From Halobacteriaceae archaeon (GTDB lineage Archaea; Halobacteriota; Halobacteria; Halobacteriales; Halobacteriaceae): a stretch of 27,491 bases of DNA. How positions within the stretch are numbered: position 1 is the stretch's first letter; each line of letters begins with the position of its first letter. The notes beneath the pieces are model-generated. The model was not told the origin of the DNA and searched no databases. It saw only the letters and a program-made list of their open reading frames with translations. Position numbers and translations under genes: made by a program. Location: assembly GCA_042216675.1 (NCBI GenBank), contig JBDGTS010000014.1, forward strand, positions 1 through 27,491, given 5' to 3'. This document shows, one piece after another, positions 16,574-24,788 of this stretch.

Positions 16574-16858
16574 GTGAGCGACGATTCAGGGCGCCGGAAC
16601 CTCCGGATGCCCAACGAGGACGAGCAGTTTGCCGTCGTGACGGAGCACAACGGGGGCAACCACGTTCGTGTGCGGTGCGAGGACGGCGAGAACCGCATGG
16701 GTCGCATCCCCGGCCGCATGAAGTACCGGACGTGGATCAGTGAGGGCGACGTCGTCCTCGTCGAACCGTGGGACTGGCAGGACGAGAAGGCCAACATCGA
16801 GTGGCGCTACTCCGGGCAGGACGCCGACCAGCTGCGCCGCGAAGGCCACATCGACTGA
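16574..16858 (+). CDS. eif1a: Translation initiation factor aIF-1A
   Basis: [13 protein letters not shown]...[12 protein letters not shown]...[39 protein letters not shown]. Confidence 0.96.
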   Translation: MSDDSGRRNLRMPNEDEQFAVVTEHNGGNHVRVRCEDGENRMGRIPGRMKYRTWISEGDVVLVEPWDWQDEKANIEWRYSGQDADQLRREGHID

Positions 16859-16884
16859 TTCGGCGGCCGATTTTCCGCGCTTTT

Positions 16885-17697
16885 TCAGATGACCAGCGTG
16901 TCCTCCGGGAGCCACTCGGCTTCGGTGCGTCTGGCGACGTCGCCGGAGGGTACCAACTGTGGCGTCTCGGGCGGCGCGTCGAAGCGGTCCGGGTCGGGGT
17001 CGACCCGTTCTAGTGCGGACGCGAACTCGGAGCCGCGGCGCCCGGCGGCGCTGACGATGCCGCCGGTTTTGCGCTCCTCATAGGGCACCGCGTCGGGGTC
17101 CGGGAACTCGTCGCGGATGACGTCCGCGGACTGCGCGATTTCCTCGGCCGCGCGTCGCTGTGAGACGAAGCTGTCGTCGCGGTAGGCGTCGGCGTACTCC
17201 GCGAGGTCATCGGCGTTGTGACTCGGCGACTCGTAGCGGACGCCCCGGTTTCTGACGTGACCGCTCGTGAACCGGACGTTGATGGTCACCGACTCCGGGT
17301 AGCGCAGGATGATGGGGAAGAACGTCGTCTCGGTGACGGTGTACATCTGCTGGAGGCGCCACTGGGCCTCCATCAGGTACGCCGCCATCCCGGCGATGCC
17401 GTCGTCTCGCTCCCCCGTCCGGTACTCGCGGGCGATAGACTCGTAATCCTCGCCCACGAAGCGTTCGAGGCTGGCCTCGTAACTGCGCGCAATGCGCTCG
17501 CGTTGCTCCTCGTAGGCGTCGAGCAGGGGCACTTCCGGGTCGGCAATCATCTCGGCCTTCCGCTCCAGCGAGTCGGCCACCAGCGACATGTTCCGGTGGA
17601 GGGACCGCTCGGCCTCGACGGTCCGCACCGGCAGGTGGAGGGCTTGCCGGTGGAGGACGTGGGTGTCTCCAGCCACCGACGGGGTTGACTCGCTCAT
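16885..17697 (-). CDS. Hypothetical acidic soluble protein (about 270 aa)
   Basis: Long ORF with halophilic D/E-rich composition filling the gap; TTTAAC box about 27-32 nt upstream of ATG 17697. No recognised family. Confidence 0.75.
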   Translation of the reverse strand: MSESTPSVAGDTHVLHRQALHLPVRTVEAERSLHRNMSLVADSLERKAEMIADPEVPLLDAYEEQRERIARSYEASLERFVGEDYESIAREYRTGERDDGIAGMAAYLMEAQWRLQQMYTVTETTFFPIILRYPESVTINVRFTSGHVRNRGVRYESPSHNADDLAEYADAYRDDSFVSQRRAAEEIAQSADVIRDEFPDPDAVPYEERKTGGIVSAAGRRGSEFASALERVDPDPDRFDAPPETPQLVPSGDVARRTEAEWLPEDTLVI

Positions 17698-17741
17698 GCG
17701 CAACCCCTTGTATCTGAACGAACGTTAAACTCTCGGACGGC

Positions 17742-19085
17742 TCAATCGTCCGCGCGGGGGAAGTTCTCGATGGTGGCGTCGCGAAACGCCTCCTCGTCGA
17801 ACTCGTGGTCGCCGTCGAAGAACTCCATCAGCTGCTCGGTGTCGCGCTTGGCGTTTTTGAGGCTGGTCGAGGCGCCCGGCGAGGGCGTGATGTTGAAGAT
17901 GATGTCCTCGCCCGTAATCTTCGCCTCGCCCATGTCGAGGGACTTCGCCTCGGTGTCGACGATCTGCGGGCGCACGCCGCCGTACCCCTTCGCGCGGTCG
18001 ATGTCCTCCAGTTCGACGCTGGGTACCACCTTCTGCACGTCGGGGAGGAACGCGCGCTTGCCGACGACGGGCAGGTCGTAGATGAGGTTCTTGATGACGA
18101 ACGGGAGCAGGATGCGGTCGGCGAGGATGTTGACGTAGCTCAGGATGGCGGCCAGTCGGAGGCCGAACACGTCGAAGAAGTCGCTGACCGTCGACAGGCG
18201 GCCGCGTTCGAGCGTGGGGACCACCTTCGCCGTCGGTCCGAAGCGCGTGACCCCGTCGTCGTACACGTCCGCGTCGCCGTGGACGGCGGCGAAGGGGAGT
18301 TTCTTCATCTGGAGCGTGTACACCTTCCCGTTCAGCAGGTCGTCCGCGAGGAAGAAGCTGCCCGCGACGGGGAGCAGCGAGAGGTTCTCACCGTAGCCCA
18401 TCTCCTGTGCGATCTGGAGGCTGTGACAGCCGGCGGCGACGACGGCAACGTCGGACTCGAACGCGCCGCGGTTCGTCTCGACGGTGAAGCCCTCGCCCGC
18501 CTCGTCTACGTCGGTGACGCGAGTGTCGGTGAACACGTCGACGCCGTCTTCCTCCTGTGCCGCCTCGACGAACGACTTGGCGGTGTCGCCGTAGTCGACG
18601 ACGTAGCCGTCGGGCGTCTGGAGGGCGAGCATGTCCACGTCGGGGTCGCGGCCCTCCACGACTTTCGGCTCGATGTCCCCGATTTCGTCGCGGTCGATGG
18701 CCCGGAGTTTCGGGAACAGGTCGCCGAAGCCCTGGTCCTCGTAGCGCGTCCGGAGTTTCTCGGTCTCCTCCTCGCCGACGCCGAGGACCATCTTGCTCCG
18801 CTTGCTGTGCATCTCGCGGTCCGGGTCGACGTTCTCCAGATAGCCCGCGAGCATCTCGGCACCCGTCTTCACGGACGCCGCCTTCTCGTAGGTGTAGTTC
18901 GTCTCGATGTCCCCGAAGTGGAGCGTCTGGGAGTTGTTGGTGCGGTGTGTGTTGATGGCGCCGATTTCGTCCTCTTTCTCGATGAGGGCGATGTTCTCGA
19001 CGTCGGTGAACTTCGCTGTCGTGTACAGAAGCGATGCGCCGCTGATTCCCCCGCCGACGATGACTAAATCGTACTCTCCTGACAT
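17742..19085 (-). CDS. mqo: FAD-dependent oxidoreductase, malate:quinone oxidoreductase-like
   Basis: IVGGGISGASL, NNSQTLHFGDIETNY, LNGKVYT...LPFAAVHGD, TRFGPTA, GGVRPQ, TPSPGAST. Confidence 0.82.
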   Translation of the reverse strand: MSGEYDLVIVGGGISGASLLYTTAKFTDVENIALIEKEDEIGAINTHRTNNSQTLHFGDIETNYTYEKAASVKTGAEMLAGYLENVDPDREMHSKRSKMVLGVGEEETEKLRTRYEDQGFGDLFPKLRAIDRDEIGDIEPKVVEGRDPDVDMLALQTPDGYVVDYGDTAKSFVEAAQEEDGVDVFTDTRVTDVDEAGEGFTVETNRGAFESDVAVVAAGCHSLQIAQEMGYGENLSLLPVAGSFFLADDLLNGKVYTLQMKKLPFAAVHGDADVYDDGVTRFGPTAKVVPTLERGRLSTVSDFFDVFGLRLAAILSYVNILADRILLPFVIKNLIYDLPVVGKRAFLPDVQKVVPSVELEDIDRAKGYGGVRPQIVDTEAKSLDMGEAKITGEDIIFNITPSPGASTSLKNAKRDTEQLMEFFDGDHEFDEEAFRDATIENFPRADD

Positions 19086-19290
19086 AGTTCGGTCCCGGGT
19101 AACGGTTCTCGTCCGGTCGGTGGCGTTCGGCCTACTTAATTCACGTTATACGCCCGCGCTGTCTTTATGTGCGCCCGTCTCACGCCCTGCGGCGTGGCTC
19201 CGCTCGCCGACCCCTCGGGTCGCTGAACGCACTCGTCGGCGCCGGGGCCGACTCCGACGACACTTTAGGGCGTCCGGACAGTTGTCAACC

Positions 19291-19893
19291 GTGGATTCTC
19301 ACGAGGTTCGCCGCGGCTGGGCGGAGCGGTCCGGGGAGTACTCCCCGGCGTACTACGCCTACTACGGGCCGGACGAGCGAAGCGAGACGGTCCACTCGCT
19401 CGTCGACGAGTACGCCGGCCCGGACGCGTCGGTCCTCGAACTCGGCTGTAGTTCGGGGCGCCACCTCGCGTACCTCGCCGACGAGGGGTACGACGACCTC
19501 GCCGGCGTCGAGGTCAACCCCGACGCTTTCGACGTGATGGACGAGGAGTACCCCGACCTCGCCGACTCGGGCACCTTCTACTGTGACGCCATCGAGGACG
19601 TCGTCGGGGACCTCGCGGACGGCCGCTTCGACGTGGTGTTCTCCGTCGAGACGCTCCAGCACATTCACCCGGACGCCGAGTGGGTGTTCGGGGAACTGGC
19701 CCGCGTCGCCGGCGAGTTGCTGGTCACCGTCGAGAACGAAGGCGACGACGGCGACGACGTGAGTTACGTCAACGACGACTTCCCGCTGTACCACCGGAAC
19801 TGGCGCACCGTCTTCGAAGGCGTCGGCCTCGAACAGGTGGCCGCGACGGAGGGAAAGCGGGACACTGTGCGGGCGTTCCGGCCGTCGGCCTGA
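19291..19893 (+). CDS. Class I SAM-dependent methyltransferase
   Basis: VLELGCSSGRHL motif I, GVEVN, FDVVFSVETLQHI. GTG start at 19291. Confidence 0.88.
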   Translation: MDSHEVRRGWAERSGEYSPAYYAYYGPDERSETVHSLVDEYAGPDASVLELGCSSGRHLAYLADEGYDDLAGVEVNPDAFDVMDEEYPDLADSGTFYCDAIEDVVGDLADGRFDVVFSVETLQHIHPDAEWVFGELARVAGELLVTVENEGDDGDDVSYVNDDFPLYHRNWRTVFEGVGLEQVAATEGKRDTVRAFRPSA

Positions 19894-19965
19894 TTTTTGG
19901 AGCGCGCCGCTCTCCAGTGCCCCGCGCCCGTTCGAGACGGACGCGGCGCTGTCGGACGTAGCGTC

Positions 19966-20002
19966 GAAAGAAAGCGTCTCAGAACGTCGCCCGAAGGCGA
20001 CG
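19966..20002 (-). terminator. Hairpin CGTCGCC-TTCG-GGCGACG plus T-rich tract downstream of csp
   Basis: Perfect 7-bp stem (19985-19991 / 19996-20002) with a UUCG loop on the csp strand, 10 nt after the stop, followed by TTCT...TTTCTTTC. Confidence 0.65.
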
Positions 20003-20012
20003 GGATGAAACG

Positions 20013-20210
20013 TTAGTTAACGCGAACGACGTTCGTCGCGCGCGGGCCCTTGGGGGCCTGCTCGATGTCGAATTCGATCTCGGTCCCTTCCGTCAGATCC
20101 TCGCCGCCAACGTCTTCCATGTGGAAGAAAACGTCGTCGTCAGAATCGTCAGTCTCGATGAAACCGTAGCCGCCCGTGTCGTTGAAGAAGTCAACCTTAC
20201 CGTTTGCCAT
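20013..20210 (-). CDS. csp: Cold-shock protein (CSD)
   Basis: MANGKVDFFNDTGGYGFI (RNP1)...DVFFH (RNP2)...KGPRATNV; 65 aa. Confidence 0.96.
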   Translation of the reverse strand: MANGKVDFFNDTGGYGFIETDDSDDDVFFHMEDVGGEDLTEGTEIEFDIEQAPKGPRATNVVRVN

Positions 20211-20478
20211 TGCGAATAGACAGAGGTCGCTCTCACGGATAAGGGTTCCGCATTTGTTTCTCAAATCCTGTTTTTTGCAGACGAACGTAATTGCACTACC
20301 GGGGAGAGCATTCATTTGGCCACACACATCCGGTTCTCGCGGCGAGGGGTGCCGAAACCCCGGGAACGGTCCGGACTTCTCTGGAGTCGGTCACTCTCGG
20401 CCCCTGTCCCCTGAAAACGGGTCACACACGGCGTGGCCGGTAGTAATCCCTTTCGCCCCCCGTCCCCTCCGGTCGGTA

Positions 20479-21666
20479 ATGAGTTACCGGATCGGTCTGG
20501 TCGGCAAGCCCTCCGTGGGCAAGTCGACGTTCTTCAACGCGGCGACGATGAACGACGTGCCCGAGGGGGCCTATCCCTTCACCACCATCGACCCGAGCGT
20601 GGGCGAGGCGTACGTGCGGACGGACTGTGCGGCCCCCGAGTTCGACGAGGAGTGCCAGCCGTCCGTCGGCGTCTGCGAGGACGGCACCCGCTTCGTCCCC
20701 GTCAAACTCGTGGACGTCGCGGGTCTCGTCCCCGGCGCCCACGAGGGCCGCGGCCTCGGCAACCAGTTTCTCACCGACCTGAACGAGACGGACGTGTTGG
20801 TCCACGTCGTCGACTTCTCCGGCAAAACCGACATCGAGGGCGAGGCCACCGAGGGCCACGACCCCCGCGAGGACATCGACTTCCTCGAAGCCGAACTCGA
20901 CGCGTGGTATCTCGACGTGCTCGAGAAGGGCGTGACGCGCTACGAGAACCAACAGATGGCCGACCCGGATCCCGAGGACGTCCTCGGCGAGCAGCTGTCG
21001 GCCTTCGGCATCGCCCCCGCCGAAATCAAGCAGGTCGTCCTCTCGCTCGGCCTCGACGTGGCGCCCCTCGACTGGGACGCGGCGGAGACGGAGACCCTCG
21101 CTCGCGAGATTCGCAAGCGCACGAAGCCGATGGTCGTCGCGGCGAACAAGATGGACACCCCCGAGGCGCGGGCCAACTGGGACGAAATCACCGCCGACCC
21201 CGACTACGACCACCTCGAGTTCGTCCCCGTCTCCGCGCACGCCGAGAAGGCACTGAAGAACGCGAAGGCCGCGGGCGCCGTCGACTACACCCCCGGCGAC
21301 GCCGACTTCGAGGTGACGGCGGATCTCCCCGCCGAGAAGGAAGCGGGCCTCGAACAGATTCGGGAGTTCGTCACCGACTTCGACGGCACCGGCGTCCAGC
21401 GAGCGCTCGAAGTCGCGGCGTTCGACGTCCTCGACCTGAAGGCGGTGTTCCCCGGGTCCGCCTCGGGCAACTGGTCGCAGGGCCCCTTCCGCGACTGCTT
21501 CTTGCTCCCCGAGTCCGCGACGGCGGAGGACTTCGCCTACCACCTCCACTCCGACATCGGCGAGGGCTTCCTCCACGGCATCGACTGCCGGAACGACCGA
21601 CAGGTCGGTGCGGACACGGTGCTCGACCACCGCGACGTAGTGGAAGTCGTCTCGACGAATCAGTGA
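20479..21666 (+). CDS. ychF: Redox-regulated ATPase YchF (Obg-like family, archaeal type, C-terminal TGS)
   Basis: GLVGKPSVGKST, YPFTTIDP, DVAGLVPGAHEGRGLGNQFL, ANKMD, AYHLHSDIGEGF. Confidence 0.93.
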   Translation: MSYRIGLVGKPSVGKSTFFNAATMNDVPEGAYPFTTIDPSVGEAYVRTDCAAPEFDEECQPSVGVCEDGTRFVPVKLVDVAGLVPGAHEGRGLGNQFLTDLNETDVLVHVVDFSGKTDIEGEATEGHDPREDIDFLEAELDAWYLDVLEKGVTRYENQQMADPDPEDVLGEQLSAFGIAPAEIKQVVLSLGLDVAPLDWDAAETETLAREIRKRTKPMVVAANKMDTPEARANWDEITADPDYDHLEFVPVSAHAEKALKNAKAAGAVDYTPGDADFEVTADLPAEKEAGLEQIREFVTDFDGTGVQRALEVAAFDVLDLKAVFPGSASGNWSQGPFRDCFLLPESATAEDFAYHLHSDIGEGFLHGIDCRNDRQVGADTVLDHRDVVEVVSTNQ

Positions 21667-21723
21667 CGGCGCGCGGGGCGGTCCCACACACTAAAGCCAC
21701 CTCGCCGCGACGCGTGCTGTAGC

Positions 21724-22542
21724 ATGGTCCATCCGACCGCGGCCGACGGCGGCCAGTCCGGAGTCGAGTCCCGGTCCGAACCGCGGTATCGCCGTCTCCG
21801 CCGGTGGAATGCCGCGATGGGCGGTTTGCACCTCGTTCAGGCGCTGTTGATGGTCTGGTTGGCGGAGCCGGTCCGCTGGCCGATCAGGATCACCCGCTTC
21901 GGCGTCGACGCGGCGGCGGGCCGTATCGCCCCCGTCGCCGTTCCGTGGGCAGACGTGAACCTCCCGCTTCTCGTGGCGGGCTTTCTCTTCTTGTCGGCGC
22001 TGGCGCACGCGACCATCGCCACCGTCCGGTACGAGCAGTACGTCTCCTACCTCGAACGCGGTATGAACCCGTATCGCTGGTACGAGTACGCCGTCAGCGC
22101 CTCGCTGATGATCGTCGTCATCGCCATGTTGGCGGGCGTCTGGGATCTCGGGACGCTGATCGCCCTCTTCGGCCTCGTCGCAGTGATGAATCTGTGTGGC
22201 CTCCTGATGGAACAGCGCAACGAGACGACGGCGACGACTGACTGGGCGCCCTACTACGTCGGTGCCCTCGCCGGACTGGTCCCGTGGGTGGTCATCGGCG
22301 TCTCGCTGGCGGGGTCCGTGACCGCCGCCGGTGCCGACGTGCCGGACTTCGTCCTCTACATCTACGTCTCTCTCTTTCTCTTCTTCAACCTCTTCGCGGC
22401 GAACATGGTCCTCCAGTACTGGGGTGTCTGGCGCTGGGAGGACTCTCTCTTCGGGGAGCGGGCGTACGTCGTTCTCAGTCTCGTCGCGAAATCGCTGCTC
22501 GCGTGGCAGGTGTTCTTCGGCGCCCTGAATACGCCCATCTAA
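21724..22542 (+). CDS. heR: Heliorhodopsin
   Basis: 7 TM helices; LRRWNAAMGGLHLVQ, SALAH, NPYRWYEYAVSASLM, GLLME and GERAYVVLSLVAKSLLAW (retinal Lys codon at 22489-22491). Confidence 0.95.
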   Translation: MVHPTAADGGQSGVESRSEPRYRRLRRWNAAMGGLHLVQALLMVWLAEPVRWPIRITRFGVDAAAGRIAPVAVPWADVNLPLLVAGFLFLSALAHATIATVRYEQYVSYLERGMNPYRWYEYAVSASLMIVVIAMLAGVWDLGTLIALFGLVAVMNLCGLLMEQRNETTATTDWAPYYVGALAGLVPWVVIGVSLAGSVTAAGADVPDFVLYIYVSLFLFFNLFAANMVLQYWGVWRWEDSLFGERAYVVLSLVAKSLLAWQVFFGALNTPI

Positions 22543-22592
22543 GCGCCCGCCGGGCGGGTGGACTTTTGTTCGCTCCCGTCGACGGTGGTCTC

Positions 22593-23060
22593 ATGACCGA
22601 GTTCCGCGGCGCGTGGGACGAGACGAAAGTCGCGACCTTCCTCTCGGAGGCGACGATTCCCATTCGCATCGCCGTCCACCGACCGGACGGGTCGTTGTGG
22701 CCCGTCGCGCTCTGGTACCGCTACCGCGACGGCGCCTTCGAGTGCGCGACGCGCGCGGACGCGGACGTGGTGCGCTTCCTCCGGCGCGACCCGTCAGTCG
22801 CCGTCGACGTCTCGACGAACGAGATTCCCTACCGGGGCGTGCGCGGCACCGGCACCGCCACCGTGTCCGAGGACGGTGCCGACGAGGTCCTGCGGGCCCT
22901 CGTCGACCGCTATCTCGGCGACGCCGACTCGTCGCTCGCCCGGGAACTCCTGCGCGAGGACCGCGAGGAGGTCCACATTCGCATCGAGCCCGCTGCGCTG
23001 TTCAGCTGGGACTACGCCGACCGGATGGGCGACGTCGGTCGGCCGAGCGGGGACTCTTAG
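22593..23060 (+). CDS. Pyridoxamine 5'-phosphate oxidase-like (split-barrel, FMN/F420-binding) protein
   Basis: IRIAVHRPDGSLWPVALWY...LRRDPSVAVDV...PYRGVRGTGTA...LVDRYLG...RIEP...SWDY. Confidence 0.85.
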   Translation: MTEFRGAWDETKVATFLSEATIPIRIAVHRPDGSLWPVALWYRYRDGAFECATRADADVVRFLRRDPSVAVDVSTNEIPYRGVRGTGTATVSEDGADEVLRALVDRYLGDADSSLARELLREDREEVHIRIEPAALFSWDYADRMGDVGRPSGDS

Positions 23061-23085
23061 TGCCCCGCGACGCGACCTCATAGAA

Positions 23086-23814
23086 ATGGCGCGCCGGGAC
23101 CACCTCGACCGTTTCTACGCGCTCCTCGACGCTCTCGCCGACAGCGTCGGCGGCCCGCGCAAACTGAAGAACTGCACCGGCTACATGGACTGGCCGGACC
23201 GCGGCGTCTACGTCTTCCTCGAACCCGGCGAGACGCGCGCGGACTCGGACCAGCGCCGCGTCGCCCGCGTCGGCACGCACGCCGTCTCGGCGGGGAGCGG
23301 CACCACCCTCTGGAACCGCCTGAAGGGCCACTACGGCACCGGCGACGGAAGTTCGGCCCACCCCCACGGCGGCAACCACCGCGGCTCCGTCTACCGGAAG
23401 CGCGTCGGCGAGGCCATCATCGAGAAGCACGCCCTGCACGACGACTATCCCGACTGGGACGAACGCTGGTCGGGCATCGACCGCGACCGAGCGACGGTCC
23501 GCGACGAGGAGTACGTCCTCGAACGCCGCGTGAGCGCCTCCATCCGCGAACAGCCGTTTCTCTGGCTCGCGGTCGACGACGAACCGGGCCCCGATAGCGA
23601 CCGGGCGTTTCTCGAACGGAACGCCATCGCCCTCCTCAGCAACCTCGGACGGCCCGCACTCGACCCCCGAAGGGATGACTGGCTCGGCCACTACAGCGAG
23701 AGCGAGCACATCCGCGACTCGGGGCTGTGGAACGTCGAACACGCCGACGAGGACTACGACCCGGCGTTTCTGGCGCGTTTCGAGGCGGCCGTCGCGGAGA
23801 CGACGGCGCCGTAG
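23086..23814 (+). CDS. GIY-YIG nuclease-like protein
   Basis: WPDRGVYVFLE...RVARVGTH...LWNRLKGH...FLERNAIALL...SGLWN. GIY-like strand, conserved Arg helix, Glu and Asn occur in the expected order. Confidence 0.62.
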   Translation: MARRDHLDRFYALLDALADSVGGPRKLKNCTGYMDWPDRGVYVFLEPGETRADSDQRRVARVGTHAVSAGSGTTLWNRLKGHYGTGDGSSAHPHGGNHRGSVYRKRVGEAIIEKHALHDDYPDWDERWSGIDRDRATVRDEEYVLERRVSASIREQPFLWLAVDDEPGPDSDRAFLERNAIALLSNLGRPALDPRRDDWLGHYSESEHIRDSGLWNVEHADEDYDPAFLARFEAAVAETTAP

Positions 23815-23976
23815 TCCGGACCCGGGGCGCACACGACCATGGGTTTGCGGTCGTCCCACGCGCACCCGATTCGACACGGGTTCTCGACGGCTGCCGCTGG
23901 GACCGGGCTGTCGAACGCGGGCGGACAGAGGAACATCTTAGAATCCACACGTCTTCAGTTGGGGGTAGCGCGAGGA

Positions 23977-24594
23977 ATGACGACGATAGTCGCGGTCCGA
24001 CACGGCGAGACGATGTGGAACCGGGAGCAACTGCTGCAGGGGTGGGCGCCCGCCCGACTCACCGACCGGGGCCGAGAGCAGGCCGCCCGCCTCGGCGACA
24101 CGCTCGCAGAGCGGTACGACGTGGACCGCATTCTGTCGTCGGACCTGCACCGCACGGAGGAGACGGCCGCCGTCCTGCGCGAACACGTCGAGGCGCCCGT
24201 GACGTTTGATTCGGCGCTGCGCGAACGTGACATCGGCGTGTATCAGGGCCTGTCGGTTGCGGAGATGGCGGAGCGATTCCCCGAGTACGGACTCGGCGAG
24301 AGCGGCTCGGACGCGGCCCACAGGCGGCCGGAGAGCGGTGAAAGCCTCGTGGCCGTTCGCGAACGCGTCATCGAGCGGTGGGAGACGATGCTTGCCGAGT
24401 GCGAGCCAAACGAGACTGTTCTCGTCGTGACACACGGTGGCCCCATTCGCCTCCTTCTCGGGCACCTGAAGGGCCTCGACGTGGTCGACGCCATCATGGA
24501 GCAGTCACAGGGCAACTGCGCCATCAACGAGTTCGCGGTCGACCACGAGACGGGCACGGTACGTATCGTTCGCGAGAACGACACCGACCGCTAG
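23977..24594 (+). CDS. Histidine phosphatase (phosphoglycerate mutase-like) family protein
   Basis: VRHGETMWN...LQG, LTDRGREQA, SSDLHRTEETA, LRERDIG, GES, VVTHGGPIR; SD-like GAGG upstream. Confidence 0.92.
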   Translation: MTTIVAVRHGETMWNREQLLQGWAPARLTDRGREQAARLGDTLAERYDVDRILSSDLHRTEETAAVLREHVEAPVTFDSALRERDIGVYQGLSVAEMAERFPEYGLGESGSDAAHRRPESGESLVAVRERVIERWETMLAECEPNETVLVVTHGGPIRLLLGHLKGLDVVDAIMEQSQGNCAINEFAVDHETGTVRIVRENDTDR

Positions 24595-24788
24595 CGCACC
24601 CGCGTCGGTGAGAGACTCTCCGAGAGAAAACTGGCCTCGGCACTCATAGGGTTCGTCCTCGCCAGTTGCCGAGACCGGCTCGGAACGCCCTTCGTCATCG
24701 GCCGTCCGAACGAAGGGCGCGGAGCCACAAGACAGTTCGGCCACCGCTCGGGTGTAGTTTCTTCACGCGGCCCGCCAAAGAGGTGGCC

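Noticed and set aside
17805-19067. Long antisense ORFs (also 6172-7026, 20422-21687, 24591-25721, 26180-27400)
   Set aside because: Mirror frames of well-supported genes, expected from high GC3 codon bias.
19291-19893. Methyltransferase as a restriction-modification partner of the GIY-YIG-like protein
   Set aside because: No DPPY/NPPY or PC catalytic motif; it is a small-molecule-type class I enzyme 3 kb away.
20211-20327. N-terminal extension of csp in the ORF track
   Set aside because: The canonical Csp begins MANGKV at 20210. The extension is AT-rich promoter sequence with a CTTAT box about 30 nt upstream.
20331-20400. Short stems (GGGGT/ACCCC, GACT/AGTC) between csp and ychF
   Set aside because: Only 4-5 bp in GC-rich DNA, with no recognisable tRNA or ncRNA features.
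21724-22542. Bacteriorhodopsin, halorhodopsin or sensory rhodopsin assignment
   Set aside because: Lacks the type-1 RYxDW and DxxAK motifs; has the heliorhodopsin RWxEY and SLVAK motifs.
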